In this document: positions 12,101-23,634 of the stretch, one piece after another
Position numbering within the stretch: position 1 is the stretch's first letter
Layout of the letters: each line of letters begins with the position of its first letter
Assembly: GCF_040938485.1 (NCBI RefSeq)
Contig: NW_027271737.1
Location: 930,001-994,000 of the forward strand
Direction of reading: 5' to 3'
Source of the DNA: Diadema antillarum
Taxonomy: Eukaryota
DNA length: 64,000 nucleotides
Position numbers and translations under genes: made by a program
The notes under the pieces: model-generated
Told to the model about the DNA's origin: nothing
Database searches by the model: none
What the model saw: the letters and a program-made list of their open reading frames with translations, nothing else

Positions 12101-15100
12101 TCAACAGTCATCACGACTCTGCACCAGACCTCCAAACTTCCAGAGGTCACGACCTCCAAACTTCCTGAGATCACGACCTCCATACATCCAGAGGTCACGA
12201 CCACGAAACTTCCTGAGGTGACGACATCGGTCCCCGAAACAACAACACAGATACCCCATTCAACCGTCACTCTCCCGCTCAGTACGGCAACGATTCCCCG
12301 GGTATCTACATCTCACATTCTCGAGAAAACGACTCTCCCAGTATCCACAACTGAACTCCTTAAAACTACATCTCTGCCGGAATCCACCACCGCTCTACCC
12401 AAAACCACGAGTCTCCTAAAGTCTACAACCGCTATCCTCGAGACAACAAGTCCTGTGGAAACGACCAGCCTTTTCTCAACAAAAACTGTTCTTCCAACCG
12501 CACCAACCACCACTCCGACATTTAAGCCGGTGACAAGTGAACGAACGCCGGCTGTGACTTCTCAACTCGCCACAACTCTGTTGTCTTCAATTTTGACGAG
12601 AACGACATCCGCCCCTTCAGTAACTACAAGGCCAGCAGAACCTACTACAACGACAATTGCAGAAATTACAACAAAAGGTAAGGGAAAGAAATTGTGACGA
12701 AGATCACATGAACCGTGGCCAATTGTCACGCGAACATATTTTTTTTTCCATAAGTTTTGTCATTTTGATTAAAGAATTATTGATTTCCCTCGAATGGAAT
12801 AACGTATGAGTTATTGTGGTTCCATCAATATTCACGTTTAAAGGATTTGTAATTTGAAGTCCAATCCTACCATTGCCTGTTCCAAAAAATTGGTAGGGGA
12901 AGATAAAGTATAGGGAAAACGGTGACAGTTATCTAGAGATACAAAACGAGAAATGAAAAAGGTGTTTGCTGATGTTGCCGATTGTGATGCCGCAAATATG
13001 ACTATGACCGAATCGGTCAATAATACACTTTTTAGAGTCAAAATTCTTCCATATTTTCAAGAAACCAGGATGGAAGTAATTCTTGACAGACGTGATACAT
13101 TCGACCACTAAGACATGTTTGNNNNNNNNNNNNNNNNNNNNNNNNNNNNNNNNNNNNNNNNNNNNNNNNNNNNNNNNNNNNNNNNNNNNNNNNNNNNNNN
13201 NNNNNNNNNNNNNNNNNNNNNNNNNNNNNNNNNNNNNNNNNNNNNNNNNNNNNNNNAAAGTATTTTGACTCTAGAAAATGATAATATTTATGTCAGTTAT
13301 CAATTATTGTATCTCTGTATCTCTGTATTATAATTTTGTTCCATCTTCTTGTCGTTACTGTTATTTTGGACTTGCATTGTCCTTATGTTATTCTTTATCA
13401 GGATTGTTATTGTTATGATTATGATATGATTATTATTATTGTTTTACATTCTTTTCGATACATAAGGTTCTGTTTACCTTATTCTCTGTTGTCAAAAGAA
13501 GTGTAATTTAGATGTTTTGTCGAAAAATGAAATAAACTTTGAATTGAATTGAATTATTATAATCATTATCATTATTATAATCATTACCATTGTTGTCACT
13601 AATATCATTATCATTACTATTCTATTTCAGGTCAATGTGAGGATCCAATGACCAGTCTCGGAGTCGAAGTAAATATAGGTACAAGAAGGTCGAGCTTCGA
13701 TGTCAGCGAGGTACCTGAGACATATGACTCGACAGCGTCGTTTTCTTTCGCGAGTCCAAACGTCGTGGTCGTCGAGTTTTCTGAATTTGTCATCGTACGA
13801 CGAGTGGTCATAACATCCGCATCGGAGCCACAACAGTCGTTGTCGGCCGTCCGTTTCCTTGTGAGGGATACGACTTTCAATCCATTCGTTGATGCCGACA
13901 ATAACCAAGTTGCTGTAGAGCCGATATCCCTTGAGGGTGATCGACTGGAACTTCCATCCAGTTTACCAGCGCTAAGAGACCTCGTGTTGATTGTTGCTCA
14001 GGCTGACGAGTCCGCATTGTCCTTGAATGCGGAATTCTTCGGATGTATAGAAGAAGGTAAAATTGTCTTATTATACAGAGAAATCAATTCTTTCGGTTCA
14101 TACTTTCTCTAAAAGAAACTGACAATGTTCTCTGTTGAAACAATGCAAGGGAAAATGAGTATTATGCTACTCTTATATGCAGAAATGCTTCAAAAGACAT
14201 CGCACAATTCATACGATGCAGTTGTGTGTGTGTGTGTGTGTGTGTGTGTTCGTCAGGAAGAAAGTGCGATTTTTCCAAAATCATCCCACATGATGATCTG
14301 CTTGCAAAACTAGTCTTTCAAGCATTAATTAGATATCACAGAAAAGGTCAAATTATACAACTGCTATGTAAGTCATGTTGTTAAAATTTTTACACGCTTA
14401 AGGTACTACAAATGATGAAAAGTAAAAAAAAAAGTCTCAGTTTTGCAGTTTGAAGGCTTTGAACCTCATCCTACGAGAATCATCCTATTCGAAAATCGGA
14501 ATGACCAAAGTGTAGGAGCGTACTCCTATAATGAAAGTTGATCTGATTTGCAAACTGATATCATAGCGTGGAACCACTCACAGTCTATTGCAACTGACTA
14601 ATTGCCAATCCAACTAAATTAACAACTTTAGCTTGATTAACATACGTGGAAACAGGAACCAACTCTCTCCCGTTGGAGTTTCGGATATAGTCAGAAATAA
14701 TTGTGTCCGCCGTAAGCTTTTATTTTGGTTTTATTCTTCACATTTTCCGAACATCAGTAACTGTCGTCGAAACCACGACTGCAGTGAGGACCCCTGTTCC
14801 TACCACAACGCAAGCACCTGAGACAACTAAGACAGAGTTGTTGACCACTACGAAGACCATCACCACATCGGGCACTACCCGCACCGTGGAGACAACAACA
14901 GTACCTACTGTTCCAGGTTGATACAGCCTTACCATCTTTCAATATCCACATCTTTTTTTCCTGAATGTTTTTAGCAGACATCCCAGCCATTCTAAATTTG
15001 GAGAAAAGAGTCAAAATTTTGACCATTTCTAGGTCTTGTTTCATACCATTTTCCTTTTTCTTCTTGGTCATTTCACTACACACTCTTATGGTAACTGGGT

Positions 15101-18100
15101 TCTCTCTTTCCTACCATAAAAGCAACCCTGTTTTTCAGTCAGAAACGTTGGGAGGTCTGTGTTAGGCTATTATAGGCTACATTAGGCTATGTCGACAGGA
15201 TAAGTACTATACCCGTGATGTCAAAGTCGCATGACGAATGAAGTTGTGGCTTCACTCGCTTTCGCAATAACTAATTTCATTCCTGCTTTCATAACGTCTC
15301 TCTAGTGTTTCCATTTTCTCTGCTTCGCATAGATGCATACAAAGTCAGTGCATCTAGTCAATATGGCACTGAACGACGCTTCGGACAAAATATTAATCTT
15401 TTCTCCTTTCATTCTAATATTCATTTGTGATGTTAGCTACTACTACTGCAGCGCCATCGAGTGAAATTTACACCGAGAGGACCACCATAGTGACAACGCC
15501 AATCACGGGTAAATTTCATCTTAGTTTCGTGACGACCAACTGCGTGTTGGCGTCATGATTCCGTTTTATGAAATGAATCCTATTATGAAAAGCTGACTTC
15601 TTCATAGTTAACTACTTACTTGGTTGCTCAATCATTTATCAATTAACTTGCCGAAGCATTTAAGAAGGAAACTCTCTCCACTTTGACGTGCTTTGCTTGA
15701 GTGAAACAGAACGCATTATTTCATAACATGTTACAATAACATGTATCACGCTTGTCAACATTAGTTGAATTTATGAGTATATTTGTTTGTGTATACATGA
15801 CACATACACTTCTCGAATGCTTCATAATGTCTGGACTTCATAGCTTTCTTCATTAACGATGAACCAATCTAAACCAGTTTTTTTGTCCATTTCTTCCTAG
15901 AATGTGAAATCGATGGCACTGTTCTTCAGGTACGTAAGATCCCGTCGATCCAAATATATCGCATGCCCACAATGCGAGTCAGAAACACGTGTTACGCGTA
16001 ATTATATCACATGAGGCTACACTTAAAATCTTAAAATAAATCATAAGAATCTGTATGTATCAATAAAGACATGCACAGGGACGGAGCGGGAGGAAATACT
16101 CCGAGGTATGGTCATAAATATATCACTTTCTGGAAATGGAGACATCAGCTCATAAAATCACGGATATGCATTATTTTCCCCGTGATCTTCATACAGCAAA
16201 ACGTGACAAAAATCAAGTATGCGTAATCATTGTATTGCCGCCATACTGTGAATGCACCGTCCCCTCTTTCGTATCTCGTTCGATCGTGTCTGAAACGTTT
16301 CTCATCGGCTACTCATGCAGACGAACGAGTCGCTGCAGGATCCTAATGACAACTGCACAGTTTTCCGATGCTTGGACAATGGGTTATTCAGCAGGACAGA
16401 CTATGTATGTGAGATGCCGTGTAAGGTAAGTTTGTTTGTTTGTTTGTTCATTTAAAAAAGTAAATCATATAAAAATTAAACAATGTTGAACATGACATAA
16501 TTGAAACAACAATCAAGGTTGAAGTATCAGAACACAATGCAAACATTGGACATTTGACAATGATGATGGTAGCATGTGTCAACCTACGGTTGATAGTTGC
16601 ATCTTTAATGTACTGACCAGTCTGAAAATGCCATGACAGCATACGATCAAATCATGAGGTCATGGCACTGTAGCCTAACTGGAGGTCTTGCTGTTTTTAG
16701 ATGTGTTTAAAGCTTACATGTTTGTGAGTCACTGAACAAGGATGCGTGTGATAGTTTAGCTTTAGCTTTAACTTTAGCTTTTCTCTCTTCTCTCATCAGA
16801 CGACCTACCCTCCGGGATGCTGTGACGGATGTTGTAAGCGCGCCACAATCCATATTTCTTTATATCTCATTATTACGTGATTATTAATCTTACACATAAA
16901 CTTAAATAGGCCATAATTTGTAAACTGGTTGACCCATGCACGTCTGGCGTTCAATGTAACACATTCTCGCACACAGTCATTTCTATGCCAATGACTTCGG
17001 AAATTCCTATCATACGCGAATGATATGTGTATATAAGCTTGTGTTAGGGTAATCCAAAAGCCTCCACCCAGAATCGTATTTTCGCTCATACTCTTTATAC
17101 TGATGGTAACAACGTATTACCAGGGAACAGAAACTGGATATGATGATAATAACAGTAATGATCGTATAATCATAATTATATTTGACATCTTCAAGCTATA
17201 CATATATATATAATATATGCTGCATATAACGTATCCTGTACGAAGAGACAAAGGTGAATGAACCTCTGTATGTAATTGATATTAAAAAAAATCACCCAGG
17301 ATGTAGAAAAATTTGAACGAATACATATATATTTATATATTAATATGTATATATATATATATATATATATATGTACATGTACATGTGTATACACTTTATA
17401 ACATGTTGTTTTTTGATTTTCAAAATGCCGTTTTTTCTCTTTTTCTTGTGTCATGCATCGGCTTTTACAGCAAGTAGTAAGTACTTTTTTGTATTGCTTT
17501 ACGAGTTATTCTTAATTACGTGATTCCTCCCATCACCCCATTATACATGTCCATTATAACTCCCATATTTACTGTTTAACATATCAGGACAAGTGAACAG
17601 GGTGGATTTAGAATGGTCATGAAGAATTAAAAAAAAAAAAACGGAAGGAACACTGCAATTTCTGGCAACTCATAGGAAATTCTTAAAGTGAAAGGACAAG
17701 TCAACCTTCAGAGACAAGTGGGTTGAGTGAATGCAGCAATATTAGTAGAACACATCAGTGAAAGTTTGGGGAAAATCCGACAATCCGTTCAGAAGCTATG
17801 AATTTTTGGAGTTTCTGCTCAGTCACGACAGGATGAGAAGACTACTATGGCGCGTGATGTCACATGCGTACATCGATATAAAGAAAGTATAAAGAAAATT
17901 CAACATATTCTCATTTTTCTCTCATAACAAAAGAACACTCAGCTTCTCTCTTTCAGAAGGCAGAGGGAATGACATTACATTACGGAGACATAATATGCAC
18001 TTTATTCAAAAAGTAAAGTTGTGTGAAATTCTCTTTTTATTTTCCTTATATCGTTGTACGCATGTGACATCATACACTGTAGTAGTCTTCTCATCCAGCA

Positions 18101-18379
18101 GTGATTGCGCAGATACTTTAAAAATTCAAAACTTTTTAACAGATTGTCGGATTTTTCCCAAACTTTCACTGATGTGTTCCACTAATATTGTTGCATTCAC
18201 TAAATCCACATGTATATGAATGTGACTTATCCTTTAAGTAGATGGTGAAAAGAAGAGACACAGGTAAATTTCCTCCTGTATCTAGTGAAAGTAACCAGAG
18301 TTATGAAGCTGCAGTGTCCAGTTGAAAATGATGCGAACCTTGACCCCGCTGTTCAATGAGTAGGGAGTGAGACGTTAGC

Positions 18380-18423
<44 letters not shown>

Positions 18424-20831
18424 TAGATTAATTCATAAACAATATATGATTATTCTAGAAAATTTCAGGAAGATTACAATAACTTCCTTATTTACAAATA
18501 CAAGATGGGCATAATCAATATAATTCTGGTGGGGAAGAAATTAAAGAAATATTTTTAAGAATAAGACGTAGAGTAATTTGTGGTAAGTATAGGGAATTTC
18601 AATATAAGTCACTACAAGGTTACCTTACGTACTCCCTTATATATTTGGATTTGCAGCTAAAGTCATGTTCTTTTTGTTAAAAAAAAAGAGGAGGAGACGT
18701 ATCCACATATATTTCTGTTTTGTAAACAAGTTCAAAGAACTTGGCAAGAAATGATAGATTTGATTTGAGGGAGATAGAAATTATTGACTAGAATTTGATT
18801 TGTATGGGAATTCAAGGAAACTCTCTAAAATCAAAATGTGCGATACCATTATTTTAATTATAAAATAAATCATATATTTTTCCGCATCAAAAGGAGTGCT
18901 TCCTTGAGCGAATGAAATTCTAATGATTATAAATTATAAAGATCAGGAAAAGGAATTGGTTATTAAAATTTCTAAAATAAGGTTACATTTATTGAATGGG
19001 AAAGAGTTATATATTTAGGGAATGTAAGTGTAGTATTTTAATTTCATTGAACCTTTTTTATCATTGTGTTAGGCAGTTTGTAAGATGTAATATTGTTTGG
19101 GTTTTTGTTGTTGTTTACTTTTTTTCTACCTTCCTACACACCCATAACTAATGCTTCCCTGGTAGTATCAGAACTGTCATTTTGGGATTTATATATTTGA
19201 ATGACTCACTGAGTGAGAATGTGAGCGCGTTCACTGTACATGGGGTTGGTTGAGGATGGGTGCCTTTTTCCCTTCTGTATGATGTGTTTGTTCCTTTCCC
19301 TTTAGTTTTTCTTTATCCATTTTTTGCATACAAAATTCTTTGTGTTCCATTCGTAACATTGATAATGTAGAATTTATGTTGTCATAATGATATTTGTATC
19401 ATTTTGTAATTAACTAATTTGTAAGAAAGAAAGGAAGAAAAATAAAAGATTGTCAAAGAAAAAAATATATATAATAACATTCTGTTTCCGACTTTTTGGA
19501 CAGCATGAGAATAAGTCTTCACGTCTCTCTCTGTTTTTGTTTGTTTTTTTTATCAGCTACGACAGTCAAAGGTCCATCAATAGATGGTGAGTGTATTTCT
19601 TTAACGCGCAACAAATACAGAGTGAATTGTTGGGCTAAACGCACTTGGAATGTGTTTTACTACAAACACTGTGATCAACTTTTTTTTTTTAATCTGCGCT
19701 ATAACAATTTCGTTCATACTATCCACAATCCGCCATTGTATTATGCTGTATAATCCGTTTTCCCAGCATTATTACAACGTTTCTTCCTGCAGGGCTTATG
19801 ATCAGGCAAATTTTCAAGTGAATTTACTTTTGTAATTCGCTTTTGTTGATCAAATGACAGGATCAAATCTGTACAATGCATCTGTTGCTGTGGTCGTATC
19901 AACCTACACTGTGCATGTACTTTCGAGCGTGAGATACGCGTTGCCTGGCTTTATAGTTTATAGTGTTGCGCGTGCTAACTATACAGTGTGTAAGTCGACT
20001 TTAGTTCATTAATGTGTTTGTCTGGTGATTCTAAGACATTGCTGTATAACGATTTGCACAGGTTTATCAAAACGCAATACTTTATAAACCAATTAAAGCA
20101 ATTGCTTCGATATCGTTAAATGTGAACTTTACATGGAATTGTAATGATGTGGCTTCATTTACACTTCAGGACATTGATATTCCTAAACTACGTTGTATTC
20201 TTTATAATCAAATATAAGAATTATATTTTCTGGCTCTTTCTTCTTTCAGGGTGCACTTACGGAGGCGTGACATATCAGGTAAGCCTCACTGATGATGTGG
20301 ACATCGTTTGTTTGATTTACTGTTTTGAATTGATAAATTTACGTTTTTAAAGTTGCGTTAGCATCCCCTTGTGCCTATGAAAGTAAACTGACATTTATCA
20401 CGTTTTATCAGTAAATCATTATAAGATAATGAGACAAATTGCAGAAATCACAATTTCCAAGTCACTGTTTGAGCCCAAACTTAGGAATTATCTAGGAGAA
20501 GAATTTGCTCTTTTAGGAAAATAATATAAAGACCAAAGATTGACTAGATTGACCAAATATCACCTTTTTTGAGTCCTCATGTAAAAACTGGGTATGCGGG
20601 GGTTTTTTTTATTAGTTTTGTGATGCATGGTTAGGATATCAATTATAATGTGTACGTGTGTGTATGTGCTGCGTCAGGTTGGCTCAACGATCTATAACAT
20701 CCGAAAGCAAGTTCCCTGTTACGTCGTGATCTGCGGAAAATCAGGAAGGCCAGAATGGGTGCCCGAAGTTTACAACTGCTCAGAGCAATGTGATGTGAGT
20801 ACCAATGTAAAAACATCCCCGGGTACAGGAT

Positions 20832-20862
<31 letters not shown>

Positions 20863-23603
20863 CACATCATTCGTTCATAATGATGTGTTACAGTAAGTAC
20901 GTTGTAATCACAATGTACAATGAAACCTGTTCATAGCGGCCACCCGAGTGAGACGAAAAGTGTGCCCTCTATGACAGGTTCTTTCACGTGGCTTGTCTCT
21001 CGGAGGGAATTTCTTTAGTGGCCGTATACCTGCAGTTGACCGCTGTAGAAAGGTGGTCGCGAAGGCAGGTTTGACTGTATTCCTATCAAAATAAAAGATA
21101 GAGAGAGGAGGTTAACAGATAGAAACATATTTATATTCAGACTACAACAGGCATTTAGTTGTCTATAGGCAGACTATTATCGCCCATCCGGCTGTGACGG
21201 TTTAATGACTTCTACCTACTTTCCCGCACATGTCCTTGCCTGTTATTCTCGTTACCTTAACGAGTTAACCTTAACTACTCGCTTGTGGTGCTAATATTTG
21301 AATAATCTACAAACGATACTGCCTATTACGTAGGGGATACCAGAAGCAAGTCATCGCGAATTGTTTGCTATTTTCTCTGATGTCCTCTTTTGCTGGCTTC
21401 ACGTTTTGAATTCAATGCGTCTCTTCTGAAATTTAGAGAAGTTCTATGCTTTCCAACGATTCCCCTCTTTCTGTGATACCATCATCTACTCGTATTGTAA
21501 ACCAAGCAACGTGTAGTCATTGATTCTTATTGCAAACAATGCAATCACCGGGATATTATTGTACGTGTTAAACAATAATAATGATATTCATTATAAAGAT
21601 CATGAGGATAATGATGCCAATAAAAAAAAAAATATGATAACTGTTTTTTTTTTTTTACCTACGACTTTTGGCCATAAAGAATTAATGAAGATAATGGATA
21701 TGAAAGCAAAATTCAAGATGATGGGACCATTGATAAGTACTCCAAACCACAAAATGAAAAAAAAAAATTATGCGTCATAAGCGTTATATTAGATGGTTCC
21801 TGAATGGAGCATGATGAAGTCACTTGCATCAATCACATGGGGATAGTGTTTCAAATATCAAAAGTAGCATTAAGCTATGATACACTTCATGCTTTCTTAT
21901 GTTCAATGTGTAGGACGACGTTTCTTACCCGAGTGGCTGCTGTGACGAATGCAGTGAGTACCGTTCAAACCCCATCCTCCTCCTTCCCCTCTTCCTGTGG
22001 AGTGTGCAAAAGCAGTAATTGTCAATTGTAATCAGAAAGCAGAGTACATCAAGTAAATATATTGTACACACGATGAGAGAGATGTGACATCAAATAAAGC
22101 TGAAGTTGATTGTGTCATGTTTTAGCCTTTACCCCGGGCTAATCAAACTTTGGCTAAATATTCAAGGAACAGTAACAACAGCAATTGATAATGCTGAAGC
22201 GTAACGTATATCTAAGTAAGGAAGTGTTGTATATTTCAGACAAGGGCTCCGTCACCCAATTGTGGTTGCTATTAGGAGAAATTACACTGTATATCACGGG
22301 CAAGATTATTTCAAGGACATAGAGAATGCCCAGTACGTCGGTGCATCAACTCTTTGTTTCGTTAAAGCTTTGTGCATATCTGTCAGATCTGCTTGTTTCG
22401 AAACTGTGAATGAAGGCGACATCGACATCGGGTTCTTTTTTTTTGTTGTTGTTGTTATGATTTTTTTTTTTTTAATCCGACAGAAACCCAGGAAACTACA
22501 ACCGTAAGCACGACCACTGGTGTAGCAACAACACAGAGTAGCGAAGGTAAGACTATATTATCACGATTATATTTGATTAGCACCTTTTAGACGACACATA
22601 CCGTCATGATAGCTAAGTAAATGAAAGGTAAAGATAAGTTGTGAACAGTATCCGCAAGATTCAAAAGTCAAGCAAAAGTACAGAATATGAAAATGTAGCC
22701 ATAAGCGTGTCGCTTTCATATTGTGCAACTTCAGATCTGTGATGCTACTGCTACGACGCGCCTATTAGACCATGAGATGCCTTAGACAGCTGTTGTCAAA
22801 AGAATTGTAAAGGGGAATTCCCATGCAGTTAAAAGTTAGTTTTGAATACTTTACAAGTTTCTTAGTAGGACAATTAATATTTGATTAAATTCGGATAAAA
22901 AAGTAAGAAAGCTATGTCAGTTTCGCTGACAAATACATTTTGTTCAATATCACTCTCTGTGTAAGTCGTTTCCTCGCTACAAATGGTGTTGGGTTTTTTT
23001 TTCAAGTGTGTAGCCGTAATTCGAGTATGAATTTCCCTTTGCCATTGAGACTTTTCTACTTAACTAATTGTTCTAACCGACAAGATAACGAGTCATTTTA
23101 ATCTCAGACCGAGAGGATACCAAATTTGTCAAGTCTTCGGATGCACTACATTGAATTCGACAGCGATTGTTCATGTTCATGTTTTTATAAGAACTGAGAG
23201 CGAAACGCACAACAAGCTTATGCTTTCGGTACATTTCTTTCATGTACCGTTTTGTGTGTCTTTCTTTTTATCACATACAATAGAGGCTATGCTTTCTAGA
23301 AAATAGAATAGGAAGAAATAGTTTATTATCATTCAAGAAAAGATGGAGTCAATGAATAAGGACACTTTTCTACCTCTGCCATGTGGAGATGACTTTCTAA
23401 CCGATTTATAAATGTGTGTATATCTCTTCATATTATCCACATATTACAGAAAAAACAACATCGGGACTGCCAGGTAAATTTCATAGCTTTCATTTTCTTG
23501 TTCTTGCCCTAAGACTTCATATCCTTCTTAATGTGTCGTAATATGAAAAGAATCGCTGCTTTACCACTAATAAGGATCGTTCGCCAGAACTTTTTTTTCT
23601 CTC

Positions 23604-23634
<31 letters not shown>

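Noticed and set aside
16752-16781. (TTTAGC)n run just upstream of the 34-nt exon acceptor
   Set aside because: It could supply branch-point-like sequence, but it is indistinguishable from a short microsatellite without data
22240-22360. Candidate exon after tatttcag (RRNYTVYHGQDYFKDIENAQYV frame)
   Set aside because: No donor/acceptor pair compatible with the phase-1 junction 21953-22484, and no domain similarity
23605-23634. Poly-C tracts (also 3049-3068, 4043-4054, poly-G 1717-1728) giving poly-Pro ORFs
   Set aside because: Intronic homopolymers; the poly-Pro ORFs have no splice support
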